27,181 nucleotides of DNA from a virus (IMGVR_UViG_3300030330_002060:1-27181); one strand, 5' to 3'; shown: positions 1-9,486, counted from the stretch's first letter. Numbers and translations are program-made. The notes: generated by a model not told the origin, from the sequence alone.

Positions 1-26
1 ACAGCGTGTTAATAAACACGTTATTT

Positions 27-36
27 ATGTAATAAT
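27..36 (+). promoter_or_regulatory. Putative phage promoter/regulatory motif RYGTRATWAT, copy 1 (ATGTAATAAT)
   Basis: Similar 10-mers lie in two other intergenic gaps (17873, 26907). This copy is 34 nt upstream of the ATG at 71. Confidence 0.4.
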
Positions 37-70
37 AATAAAGTAAATTTTAACTTAAATTAAATTAATT

Positions 71-343
71 ATGAATAAAAAAGTAGAAAAAATATCTGAA
101 GATCATTTAAAAGAACTTCAAGGTAAAGTTAATACAATAAATCAAGCTCAATTACAACTTGGTGGTTTAGAATCTCAAAAGCATAATCTTTTGCATGGAA
201 TATCAACTTTGCAAAAAGAATTAACTGAGTTTCAAAATACATTAGAAGAAGAGTATGGCAAGGTAAGTATTAATATACAAGATGGTAGCATAGCTCCACT
301 GCCTGAAGAAAACGTAGAAAATGAATCTGATACGCAAGATTAG
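71..343 (+). CDS. Hypothetical coiled-coil protein (90 aa)
   Basis: AT-rich leader taaattaattATG. Heptad-like L/Q-rich helices followed by a short beta-like segment (YGKVSINIQDGSI). Overlaps the next gene. Confidence 0.8.
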   Translation: MNKKVEKISEDHLKELQGKVNTINQAQLQLGGLESQKHNLLHGISTLQKELTEFQNTLEEEYGKVSINIQDGSIAPLPEENVENESDTQD

Positions 344-539
344 TATTGGTAAAGATTATAAAAATGACGCGATGCATTACTCTGTAGGCCAAGAAGTCTA
401 CGGAGGGCACGTCATTTGTGATATACTAGAATCACCTACTAAATATAGCGTTTATATTAAAAAAAACAAAGAGGTGTTACCTTGGAAAGATTTTAATAAA
501 AATATGGCTGTATCAGTAGAGTATAATTTAAACTACTAA
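321..539 (+). CDS. Small hypothetical protein (72 aa)
   Basis: Overlaps the upstream gene and is coupled to the next by a TAATG stop/start overlap. Genome-typical codon usage. Confidence 0.8.
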   Translation: MNLIRKISIGKDYKNDAMHYSVGQEVYGGHVICDILESPTKYSVYIKKNKEVLPWKDFNKNMAVSVEYNLNY

Positions 540-1144
540 TGAAAAGTATTTTTGATTTTGTGATAACACCACAAAACAAAAGATATAACAATACTAAAAA
601 AATAGATGACGTTGATTTAATTGTAAACACTGAAATACAAAATCATAAGTTTATAAGTCAACAAGCTAAAGTTTTATATACACCAACGGCTTTTAAAACT
701 AATATAAAACCTGGTGATGATGTAATTGTACATCATAATATTTTTAGAAGATGGAGAGACGTGCGTGGTGAAGAAAAAAATAGCAAAAGCTTTATTGATG
801 AGCAAACATATTTATGCCAACCAGACCAGCTATATCTTTATAAGCAAAACAATAAATGGCAAACACAGCCAGGTTATTGCTTTATTAAACCAATAAAAAA
901 TACAGATAAATATAGTTTAGATAAAGAGCAACCATTGATAGGTATTGTAAAATATGCTGGTGATGATTTAAATGCTATGGGCTTAAAACAAAATGACTTA
1001 GTAGGTTTTTCACCACATAGTGAGTTTGAATTTATTGTTGATAATGAAAGGCTTTACAGAGTATTATTAAATTCAATTACAATTAAATATGAATATCAAG
1101 GACAAGAAGAAGAATATAATCCAAGCTGGCTACAAAGCAGTTGA
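539..1144 (+). CDS. GroES/Cpn10-like co-chaperonin, apparently two tandem GroES-like domains
   Basis: C-terminal half PGYCFIKPI...EQPLIGIVKYAG...LKQNDLVGF...EFIVDNERLYRV matches the GroES pattern. The N-terminal half has a similar AKVLYTP...IKPGDDVIV pattern. Confidence 0.65.
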   Translation: MKSIFDFVITPQNKRYNNTKKIDDVDLIVNTEIQNHKFISQQAKVLYTPTAFKTNIKPGDDVIVHHNIFRRWRDVRGEEKNSKSFIDEQTYLCQPDQLYLYKQNNKWQTQPGYCFIKPIKNTDKYSLDKEQPLIGIVKYAGDDLNAMGLKQNDLVGFSPHSEFEFIVDNERLYRVLLNSITIKYEYQGQEEEYNPSWLQSS

Positions 1145-1364
1145 TGAATTAATTAAAGTTGCTAAAGAAGAAATTGTAGATACAGACGAAGACGTATCAG
1201 CTGATAGATTAAAAAACGCAGCAGCTACTAAAAAGCTAGCTATATTTGATGCTTTTGAAATATTAAATCGTATTGAAGAAGAAAAATCAATGCTTGATGG
1301 TAAACAAAAAGAAGAAACAAAACCTAAAGCGTTTGGTGGTTTTGCTGAAAACAGATCGATATAA
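1089..1364 (+). CDS. Putative terminase small subunit (positional call)
   Basis: 91-aa helical, charged protein directly upstream of the large terminase and coupled to it by a TAATG overlap. Confidence 0.5.
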   Translation: MNIKDKKKNIIQAGYKAVDELIKVAKEEIVDTDEDVSADRLKNAAATKKLAIFDAFEILNRIEEEKSMLDGKQKEETKPKAFGGFAENRSI

Positions 1365-3577
1365 TGTATAAACAAACGTTATATAGAATAATAAAACCTA
1401 TAAAACAAACTACCTTATCAAGATTAAACAAAGGTAAGAAGTGGAAATATGGTTATAACAAAGAGCATGACGTTGTTGTCATAAGTAAAACAGGACAAAT
1501 AGGTGATGTATATGAAATACAAAACTTAAAAATAGCATTACCAAAGCAACCAAAAAAAATACAAAAATTTAGTAAAAACAAATGGGAAGTAACTGATTAC
1601 CCTAAAGAACTAAATAAAATAAAAACAATATTTGACTGGCGTAACTACCCAGAAGATTTTAAAAACAAGTGGTACAATTATATTGAAGGTGAATTTAATA
1701 AACGCGATAATGGGTTTTGGTTTTACAATAAGAACAAACCTACTTATATTACTGGTACTAATTACATGTACTTGCAATGGACAAAGATCGACGTTGGACA
1801 CCCTGATTTTAGAGAATCAAACAGGTTATTCTTTATATTTTGGGAAGCATGCAAAGCAGATGAAAGATCGTACGGTATGTGCTATGTTAAAAACAGACGA
1901 TCAGGATTTTCGTTCATGGCGTCTGGCGAAACAGTTAACATGGCAACCATATCAAGCGATGCAAGATTTGGTGTATTATCAAAGTCCGGTGCAGACGCTA
2001 AAAAAATGTTTACCGATAAAGTCGTACCAATATCTGTTAACTATCCGTTCTTCTTTAAACCGATACAAGACGGTATGGACAGACCAAAAACAGAACTTGC
2101 TTACAGAGTTCCAGCTTCAAAACTCACGAGGCGTAAAATGGTTTCAAATGAACCAACGGAAGAACTCGTTGGTCTCGATACCACTATCGACTGGAAGAAC
2201 ACTGGTGATAACGCTTATGACGGTGAAAAACTAAAACTACTTGTACATGACGAAAGTGGTAAATGGGAAAGACCTGAAAATATTTTAAATAACTGGCGAG
2301 TTACTAAAACATGTTTACGTTTAGGTAGTAGAATTATTGGTAAGTGCATGATGGGTTCAACGTGTAATGCTTTAGATAAAGGTGGTGATAATTTTAAAAA
2401 GCTATATAATAACTCTGACATAACAAAAAGAAATAAAAATGGCCAAACAAACTCTGGCTTGTATTCTTTTTTTATACCTATGGAGTGGAACTACGAGGGT
2501 TTTATAGATGAGTACGGTATACCAGTATTTGAAACGCCACAAGAAGAAGTTTATGGACCATACGGTGATCTAATAGATTTAGGTGTTATAGAGCATTGGC
2601 AAAATGAAGCTGATGGTTTAAAGAACGATCAAGATGGTTTAAATGAATTTTACAGACAGTTTCCAAGAACAGAAGAACACGCGTTTAGAGATGAAACTAA
2701 AAACAGTATATTTAATTTAGTTAAAATATACGAACAAATAGATTATAACGATGGTGTTGAAACTACTTCTGCTGTAACTAAAGGTAACTTTCAGTGGGTT
2801 AATGGTGTCAAAGATACAAGTGTAATATTTTATCCTGATCAAAACGGTAGGTTTAATGTTAGCTGGATACCACCAAGCCACATGCAAAATAAGATATTAT
2901 TAAAGAACAACATTAAATATCCTGGTAACGAGCATATAGGTGCATTTGGTTGTGATAGTTATGATATATCAGGAACAGTTGATGGCAAAGGATCAAAAGG
3001 CGCTTTGCATGGTTTAACTAAATTTAGTATGGAGGAAGCTCCTACTAATCATTTCTTTTTAGAATATATAGCTAGACCAAGTACAGCTGAAATGTTTTTT
3101 GAAGACGTTTTAATGGCATTGCATTTTTATGGCATGCCGATATTAGCAGAGAATAATAAACCGCGTTTATTATATTATCTAAGAAGAAGAGGGTATAGGC
3201 AATATTCTATGAACAGGCCTGATAAATCTTTTAATAAACTCTCAACTGCTGAAAAAGAAATAGGTGGTATACCTAACTCAAGTGAAGATATAAAGCAAGC
3301 ACATGCTGCTGCTATTGAGATGTACATACAAGATCACGTTGGTAAAAATGAAGCTGGCGAATATGGTTCAATGTACTTTAATAAAACTTTAAATGAGTGG
3401 TCTAGATTTGATATTAATAAAAGAACAAAGTTTGATGCTACTATTAGTTCAGGTCTAGCAATTATGGCATGCAATAGGCATTTGTATTCGCCTAATGTAG
3501 AAAAGCAAAAAGCAAAAGTTAATTTAAGTTTTGCAAGATATACAAACACAGGAACAAGATCAAGAATAATTAAATAA
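1364..3577 (+). CDS. terL: Terminase large subunit
   Basis: Walker A-like KNRRSGFS, Walker B LLVHDESGK, coupling motif MGST, RNase H-like nuclease motifs FGCDSYD, AENN and KFDATIS. 737 aa, directly upstream of the portal gene. Confidence 0.93.
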   Translation: MYKQTLYRIIKPIKQTTLSRLNKGKKWKYGYNKEHDVVVISKTGQIGDVYEIQNLKIALPKQPKKIQKFSKNKWEVTDYPKELNKIKTIFDWRNYPEDFKNKWYNYIEGEFNKRDNGFWFYNKNKPTYITGTNYMYLQWTKIDVGHPDFRESNRLFFIFWEACKADERSYGMCYVKNRRSGFSFMASGETVNMATISSDARFGVLSKSGADAKKMFTDKVVPISVNYPFFFKPIQDGMDRPKTELAYRVPASKLTRRKMVSNEPTEELVGLDTTIDWKNTGDNAYDGEKLKLLVHDESGKWERPENILNNWRVTKTCLRLGSRIIGKCMMGSTCNALDKGGDNFKKLYNNSDITKRNKNGQTNSGLYSFFIPMEWNYEGFIDEYGIPVFETPQEEVYGPYGDLIDLGVIEHWQNEADGLKNDQDGLNEFYRQFPRTEEHAFRDETKNSIFNLVKIYEQIDYNDGVETTSAVTKGNFQWVNGVKDTSVIFYPDQNGRFNVSWIPPSHMQNKILLKNNIKYPGNEHIGAFGCDSYDISGTVDGKGSKGALHGLTKFSMEEAPTNHFFLEYIARPSTAEMFFEDVLMALHFYGMPILAENNKPRLLYYLRRRGYRQYSMNRPDKSFNKLSTAEKEIGGIPNSSEDIKQAHAAAIEMYIQDHVGKNEAGEYGSMYFNKTLNEWSRFDINKRTKFDATISSGLAIMACNRHLYSPNVEKQKAKVNLSFARYTNTGTRSRIIK
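1710..2234 (+). CDS. Putative overprinted (+1 frame) exported protein nested in terL (174 aa from ATG 1710; frame open from TTG 1632)
   Basis: About 200 stop-free codons in an AT-rich genome. terL synonymous codons avoid +1 stops. N-terminus MGFGFTIRTNLLILLVLITCTCNG-Q resembles a signal peptide. Confidence 0.5.
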   Translation: MGFGFTIRTNLLILLVLITCTCNGQRSTLDTLILENQTGYSLYFGKHAKQMKDRTVCAMLKTDDQDFRSWRLAKQLTWQPYQAMQDLVYYQSPVQTLKKCLPIKSYQYLLTIRSSLNRYKTVWTDQKQNLLTEFQLQNSRGVKWFQMNQRKNSLVSIPLSTGRTLVITLMTVKN

Positions 3578-3579
3578 GT

Positions 3580-6000
3580 ATGGCCGAAAAAGCAATAAAA
3601 GGTTATTTTCCAAGTCAAGTCGTTAGCGACTTAGAGAAGTCAAGTAGTGAATATGGCTTAAAGGTAGCTAAAGCTATTGAGTATGAATGGTTTGGTAAAG
3701 ACACAGGTTTAAATAGATTTAAAACAAATCAAACTAGTTTTCATAAATTAAGGCTATACGCAAGAGGTGAACAGTCTGTGCAAAAATATAAAGATGAGTT
3801 ATCTATTAATGGTGATTTATCTTATCTTAATTTAGACTGGAAACCTGTACCTATTATACCTAAGTTTGTAGATATAGTAGTAAACGGTATAGCTGAAAGA
3901 ACATATGACATAAAAGCGTACTCACAAGATCCATACGGCGTTAGTCAAAGAACAGAGTATATGGCATCTATTGTTCGTGACATGCAAACAAAAGATCTAA
4001 ACGAATATGTAGAAGACTCATTTGGTATTAACATGTTTGAAAGTGATCCAAACAATTTACCTGAAAACGCAGAAGAGCTACAGTTACATATGCAGCTTAA
4101 TTACAAACAAGCTGTAGAAATAGCAGAAGAACAAGCTATCAATACTTTATTTGAAGGTAATAAATACGAGTTAACTAAAAAACGTGTGTATTACGATTTA
4201 ACTGTTTTAGGTATTGGTGCTGTTAAAAATAGCTTTAATACTTCAGAAGGTATAACTATAGACTATGTTGACCCTGCTAATTTAGTATATTCATATACAG
4301 AATCACCTTACTTTGATGATATATATTATGCAGGCGAAGTAAAAAATATACCTATAAATGAACTTAAAAAACAATTTCCAGAATTAACAGACTCTGATCT
4401 TGAAGATATACAACAGCAAGGTATTTATAACGATGGTTACTCAAACAGATCATCATATGAAAGAAGTAGTTTAGATAAAAATATTGTACAAGTTTTATAT
4501 TTTAATTATAAGACATACGCAAATGAAGTTTATAAAGTAAAAGAAACATCAAGTGGTGCTACTAAGATGTTACAAAAAGATGATTCATTTAATGTGCCTG
4601 ATGGTGAAGAGAAGTTTAGCAGAGTATCTAATGCTTTAGAAGTTTTATATGAAGGTGTTTTAGTTGTTGGTAGTAAAAAATTATTAAAGTGGGAACTAGC
4701 TAAAAATATGGTTAGGCCAAAAAGTGATTACACAAAAGTAAAAATGAATTATGCTGTAGTTGCGCCACGTATGTATAAAGGTAAAATAGAATCATTAGTT
4801 AGTAGAATAACAGGTTTTGCTGACATGATACAATTAACACATTTAAAGCTGCAACAGGTAATGTCACGTATGGTACCAGATGGTGTGTACATGGACGCAG
4901 ATGGTTTAGCGGAAGTTGATTTAGGTAATGGCACAAACTATAATCCACAAGAAGCTTTAAACATGTTCTTCCAAACTGGTAGTGTTATTGGTAGATCACT
5001 AAACTCTGATGGCGATATGAATCCAGGTAGAGTACCAATACAAGAAATAGCTAGTGGTAATGGTGGTGCTAAGTTACAAAGCTTAATCAGTACGTATAAT
5101 TATTATCTACAAATGATAAGAGATGTAACTGGTTTAAATGAAGCAAGAGATGGTAGCACGCCAGATAAAAATGCTTTAGTAGGTGTACAAAAATTAGCAG
5201 CAGCTAATAGTAACACGGCAACAAGACATATATTGCAAGGTGGTTTATTTTTAACTACTGAGTTAGCAGAGTGTATATCATTAAGAATATCAGATATACT
5301 AGAATACTCACCAACAAAAGAAGCCTTTATTCAAGCTATTGGTGCACATAACGTAGGTACTTTAGAAGAAATGAGTACGTTACACTTATATGATTTTGGT
5401 ATATTTATTGAACTATCACCTGACGAAGAAGAAAAGCAGTTACTAGAAAATAATATACAAGTAGCGCTAGCACAAAAGAATATAGAGCTTGAAGACGCTA
5501 TAGACGTTAGAGAAATTAAAAATTTAAAACTAGCTAATCAGCTACTTAAATTAAGAAGAAAAAAGAAAATTGAAAGAGATCAAATGATCCAACAACAAAA
5601 CATACAAGCTCAAGCGCAAGCAAACGCACAAGCGCAACAAGTTGCAGCGCAAGCAGAAGTACAAAAGCAACAAGCGTTGACACAAAATCAATTACAACTT
5701 GAGCAAGCTAAAGCGCAGCTTGACGCGCAGAAGTTACAAAGCGAAGCATTGTTGAAAAAAGAATTAATGAATCATGAGTTTCAAATTAATATGAGATTAA
5801 AAGAAATGGAAATTGAATCATTAAAAACCAAAGAGTCTAACAAGGAAGATCGTAAAGATGAACGTACTAGAATACAAGCATCACAACAGTCTGAATTAAT
5901 AGAACAAAGAAAAAATAATACACCACCTAAAAAGTTTGAAAGTACAAGTAATGATATACTTAGTGGTGATTTTGATTTAGGCATGTTTGAGCCTAGATAA
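3580..6000 (+). CDS. Portal protein
   Basis: 806 aa directly after terL. Contains a WKPVPIIPKFVDIVVNG segment, VTGLNEARDG, and a long Q/A-rich C-terminal coiled coil like the barrel of P22/crAss-type portals. Confidence 0.88.
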   Translation: MAEKAIKGYFPSQVVSDLEKSSSEYGLKVAKAIEYEWFGKDTGLNRFKTNQTSFHKLRLYARGEQSVQKYKDELSINGDLSYLNLDWKPVPIIPKFVDIVVNGIAERTYDIKAYSQDPYGVSQRTEYMASIVRDMQTKDLNEYVEDSFGINMFESDPNNLPENAEELQLHMQLNYKQAVEIAEEQAINTLFEGNKYELTKKRVYYDLTVLGIGAVKNSFNTSEGITIDYVDPANLVYSYTESPYFDDIYYAGEVKNIPINELKKQFPELTDSDLEDIQQQGIYNDGYSNRSSYERSSLDKNIVQVLYFNYKTYANEVYKVKETSSGATKMLQKDDSFNVPDGEEKFSRVSNALEVLYEGVLVVGSKKLLKWELAKNMVRPKSDYTKVKMNYAVVAPRMYKGKIESLVSRITGFADMIQLTHLKLQQVMSRMVPDGVYMDADGLAEVDLGNGTNYNPQEALNMFFQTGSVIGRSLNSDGDMNPGRVPIQEIASGNGGAKLQSLISTYNYYLQMIRDVTGLNEARDGSTPDKNALVGVQKLAAANSNTATRHILQGGLFLTTELAECISLRISDILEYSPTKEAFIQAIGAHNVGTLEEMSTLHLYDFGIFIELSPDEEEKQLLENNIQVALAQKNIELEDAIDVREIKNLKLANQLLKLRRKKKIERDQMIQQQNIQAQAQANAQAQQVAAQAEVQKQQALTQNQLQLEQAKAQLDAQKLQSEALLKKELMNHEFQINMRLKEMEIESLKTKESNKEDRKDERTRIQASQQSELIEQRKNNTPPKKFESTSNDILSGDFDLGMFEPR

Positions 6001-6025
6001 TTGTTTAATTTTATAATATTATATT

Positions 6026-7243
6026 ATGGCAGATAAAAATGTAAAGACAAATGAAGAGGTTGTCGAGCAAGTTGAAGAGACTAAAGAGCAACCTACTAAA
6101 GATGAAAAGGTTACATTTAAAGTAAAGCCTCGTATTAAGAAAAATACAGACGAGGTGGTAAAGGTAGATTTAAGAAAAAAACCTGAGCAAGAAGAAAATG
6201 TGGCTGAAGAAAAAGCTGAAGAAGCTACTGAGGAAAAAGTAGAAGAACAAGCTGAACCTGTTTTAGAAGAAATAAAAGATGAAACAGAAACTACTGAAGA
6301 GCAGGGAGAAAAACCTGTTATTGAAGAAGTAACTGAAGAAGAAAATAAAACAGAAACACAAGAAGAAAATGTAGAAACAGTTGAGCAAACTGAGCAAGCG
6401 CCAGAACAACCAACTGTTGAATTACCAGAAAATGTAGATAAACTAGTAAAGTTTATGGAAGAAACTGGTGGCGACATTGAGGATTATGTAAAGCTAAATG
6501 CTGATTATAGTAAGTACGATGATCAAGCTATGCTTAGAGAATATTACAGGCAAACAAAACCTCATTTAACATCATCTGAAATAGATTTTTTAATTGAAGA
6601 TGATTTTACATATGATGAAGAGGTTGATGATCCAAAAGATGTTAAAAGAAAGAAATTGGCTTTCAAAGAGCAAGTTGCTTCTGCCAGAGGCCATATGGAT
6701 AAATTAAAATCCAGTTACTATGCGGAAATTAAGAGCGGGGTTAAGTTAACTCCAGAACAACAAAAGGCTGTTGATTTCTTTAATAGATATAACAACGAGA
6801 AGCAAGAGAGTGATAAACTCCTTAATGAACAACAACAAACTTTTCAAAATAAAACTAATGAATTATTTAAATCTGATTTTAAAGGTTTTGAATATAACGT
6901 TGGTGATAAGAGATACAGGTTTAATGTTAAAAATGCTGAAGAGGTAAAAACACAACAAAGCGATATAAACAATTTTGTTAAACGTTTTGTTGATAAAAAA
7001 AATATGATGAGTGATGCCGGTGGTTATCATAAGTCATTATTTACCGCAATGAATGCTGATGCTGTAGCTAATCATTTTTATGAGCAGGGTAAAGCAGATG
7101 GTATTAAACAAAGCATGGCTAACGCTAAAAATGTAGATATGGCACCAAGAACAGCAGCACAAGATGTTGAAGCTGGTGGAATAAAAGTTAGGGCAATAAG
7201 CGGTGATAACACTTCAAGACTTCGAGTTAAAGTACGTAAATAA
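6026..7243 (+). CDS. Putative capsid scaffolding protein
   Basis: Lies between portal and MCP. Very acidic E/T-rich low-complexity N-terminal third, helical core and basic C-terminus (SRLRVKVRK). Confidence 0.7.
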   Translation: MADKNVKTNEEVVEQVEETKEQPTKDEKVTFKVKPRIKKNTDEVVKVDLRKKPEQEENVAEEKAEEATEEKVEEQAEPVLEEIKDETETTEEQGEKPVIEEVTEEENKTETQEENVETVEQTEQAPEQPTVELPENVDKLVKFMEETGGDIEDYVKLNADYSKYDDQAMLREYYRQTKPHLTSSEIDFLIEDDFTYDEEVDDPKDVKRKKLAFKEQVASARGHMDKLKSSYYAEIKSGVKLTPEQQKAVDFFNRYNNEKQESDKLLNEQQQTFQNKTNELFKSDFKGFEYNVGDKRYRFNVKNAEEVKTQQSDINNFVKRFVDKKNMMSDAGGYHKSLFTAMNADAVANHFYEQGKADGIKQSMANAKNVDMAPRTAAQDVEAGGIKVRAISGDNTSRLRVKVRK

Positions 7244-7270
7244 GTTTAACAATTTAAAATTAATTAAAAA

Positions 7271-8674
7271 ATGGGCGTAATAACTCCAAGTGCTGGTGCG
7301 AATTTAAATTCTGTACCTGCACCAGTAAAACAAACGCTATCATCAAATTATATAGACTTTACTGCGTCTGGCACAGCAGGTTGGGCACAGCAATATTTAC
7401 CTGATTTGATAGAAGCGGAAGCTGAGGTATTCGGAAAAAGAACTATCTCTGGCTTTTTAGAAATGGTCGGCGCTGAAGAAGCAATGACATCAGACCAAGT
7501 AATTTGGTCAGAGCAAGGTAGATTACACATCTCTCTTTCTGCGACTGTAGCAAATGCAAACATTAACAAAATTGAGTTTGCAGGTGGTGTATCGCATCAA
7601 ATTAGAGTTGGTGATACTATACTAGTACATAAAGCAGCTAAAACAGTAAAATGTTTTGTGTCTGCACTTTCACCTGATGGTGGAAATACAATTACAGCTC
7701 TTCCTTACTCAATCGAAAACTTATCAACAGGTTCAGCTTTCGCTAATGCTGACGATGTAACTGTGTTAGTTTACGGTTCTGAGTTTGCAAAAGGTGTAGC
7801 TGGTAGAACTGAAGCTATAACTCCTTCATTCAAATCATTTACTAACAAACCAATCATCATTAAAGATATGTATCAGGTTTCAGGATCTGACGCTTCTCAA
7901 GTAGGTTGGGTTGAAGTAACTGGCGAAGATGGACAAAATGGTTTTTTATGGTATCTAAAAGCAGAAGGTGACACAAGATCAAGATTTACTGATTACTTAG
8001 AAATGTCACTAGTAGAAGCTGAGAAAAAAGATTCTACAGCAGCAGCTGGTGTACCTGATGGTACTGAAGGTTTATTTGCGGCTATAGAAGATAGAGGTCA
8101 TACTACAACTGGTATTGACGGAAACACTGCAGCTGAAGATTTAGATGACTTTGATGAAATACTCAAAAAGTTTGATACACAAGGAGCAATTGAAGAAAAC
8201 ATGTTATATGTTAACAGAAAAGTATCATTAAGTATTGATGATATGTTAGCAGCTCAGAACTCATATGGTTCTGGTGGTACTTCTTACGGGGTATTTAACA
8301 ACTCTGAAGATATGGCTCTTAATTTAGGATTTACAGGATTTAGAAGAGGTTCTTATGACTTCTACAAGCAAGACTGGAAATACTTAAATGATCAAGGTAC
8401 AAGAGGTGCTTTTGGTGATAACGACATAAGAGGTGTTATTATTCCAGCTGGTACTTCATCTGTTTATGATGAAACACTAGGTAGGAATTTAACAAGACCT
8501 TTCTTACACGTTAGATACAGAGCTTCTCAAGCTGATGACAGAAGGATGAAAACTTGGATCGTTGGTTCAGTAGGTGGAAACATCACAACTGATATTGACA
8601 AGATGGAAGTACATTATCTATCTGAAAGATGCTTAGTTGTACAAGGAGCAAATAACTTTATGTTATTGAACTAA
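7271..8674 (+). CDS. Major capsid protein (HK97 fold inferred)
   Basis: 467 aa after the scaffold gene and followed by a strong terminator. Many C-ending codons typical of highly expressed genes. Segments WSEQGRLH, GTEGLFAAI and HYLSERCLVVQGANNF resemble crAss-like capsid proteins. Confidence 0.85.
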   Translation: MGVITPSAGANLNSVPAPVKQTLSSNYIDFTASGTAGWAQQYLPDLIEAEAEVFGKRTISGFLEMVGAEEAMTSDQVIWSEQGRLHISLSATVANANINKIEFAGGVSHQIRVGDTILVHKAAKTVKCFVSALSPDGGNTITALPYSIENLSTGSAFANADDVTVLVYGSEFAKGVAGRTEAITPSFKSFTNKPIIIKDMYQVSGSDASQVGWVEVTGEDGQNGFLWYLKAEGDTRSRFTDYLEMSLVEAEKKDSTAAAGVPDGTEGLFAAIEDRGHTTTGIDGNTAAEDLDDFDEILKKFDTQGAIEENMLYVNRKVSLSIDDMLAAQNSYGSGGTSYGVFNNSEDMALNLGFTGFRRGSYDFYKQDWKYLNDQGTRGAFGDNDIRGVIIPAGTSSVYDETLGRNLTRPFLHVRYRASQADDRRMKTWIVGSVGGNITTDIDKMEVHYLSERCLVVQGANNFMLLN

Positions 8675-8682
8675 TACATTAT

Positions 8683-8724
8683 AAAAGAGTTAGGCGCTAC
8701 GGCGCCTAGCCCTTTTTATTTTTT
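8683..8724 (+). terminator. Rho-independent terminator after the MCP gene
   Basis: Stem TAGGCGC (8691-8697) / GCGCCTA (8702-8708) with a TACG (UNCG-type) tetraloop, followed by TTTTTATTTTTT and preceded by AAAA. Confidence 0.9.
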
Positions 8725-8745
8725 AATATTTAATTTTATTATATC

Positions 8746-9486
8746 ATGAAAAAAACAAAAAACAATTGGGAGATAAAAGACAGAGTATACTTTTTGCGTG
8801 ACGGTCGATCTCCATTAACATGTACAATTAAAGGCAAAGGTATATATTGGTTTGACGAAGAAAAAGGATACGAAAGAGAACTTAAGTATGCTGTAAATCA
8901 AAAAACACCATTTGTAGATGAATTTAAAGGTGACGCAAGACTTGGCCATATAGTATTTGAAGATGGTGTACTTAATGTGCCAAAAGAAAAACAAACTTTA
9001 CAACAGCTATTATCTATGTATCATCCAGATAATGGTATTGTATACGAAGAGTTTGATGCAGTTCAAGAAGCTACTGATGATTTGGTAGATATTGAAATGG
9101 AAATAGAAGCTTTAAATATAGCTAAAGATTTAGATGTTGATCACGCTGAAGCTATATTAAGAGTTGAACAAGGAAGTGAAGTTAGTAACATGACTTCAAG
9201 AGAATTAAAAAGAGATGTTTTGGTTTTTGCTAAAAAAAATCCAAAGCTATTTATGAATCTTGTAAATGATGATAATGTTGAAGTTAGAAACTTTGGTATT
9301 AAAGCTGTTGAGGCTGATATATTAAGATTATCTAATGATCAAAGAACATTTACTTGGGCTAGTAACAAAAGAAAAGTAATGACTGTTCCGTTTGATGAAC
9401 ATCCTTACTCAGCGCTAGCAGCCTTCTTTAAAACAGATGAAGGTTTAGAAGTTTATAAGAACATAGAAAAAAGATTAAAAAAATAA
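8746..9486 (+). CDS. Conserved hypothetical phage protein downstream of MCP (possible head-assembly or virion protein)
   Basis: 246-aa ORF with an AT-rich leader and genome-typical codons. Function inferred from position only. Confidence 0.7.
   Translation: MKKTKNNWEIKDRVYFLRDGRSPLTCTIKGKGIYWFDEEKGYERELKYAVNQKTPFVDEFKGDARLGHIVFEDGVLNVPKEKQTLQQLLSMYHPDNGIVYEEFDAVQEATDDLVDIEMEIEALNIAKDLDVDHAEAILRVEQGSEVSNMTSRELKRDVLVFAKKNPKLFMNLVNDDNVEVRNFGIKAVEADILRLSNDQRTFTWASNKRKVMTVPFDEHPYSALAAFFKTDEGLEVYKNIEKRLKK

Noticed and set aside
71-343. Prefoldin-like chaperone idea for the coiled-coil ORF near the GroES-like gene
   Set aside because: The topology appears to be helix-helix-hairpin rather than prefoldin's helix-hairpin-helix, so support is insufficient.
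5581-5740. CAAGCG/CAAGCA-rich quasi-repeats in the portal gene (and similar ones at ~18120-18330)
   Set aside because: Explained by Gln/Ala-rich coiled-coil coding. There is no regular period or spacer structure, so these are not CRISPR or DNA-level repeats.
6180-6430. GAAGAA-rich low-complexity tract
   Set aside because: Encodes the acidic disordered region of the putative scaffold and is not an independent repeat element.
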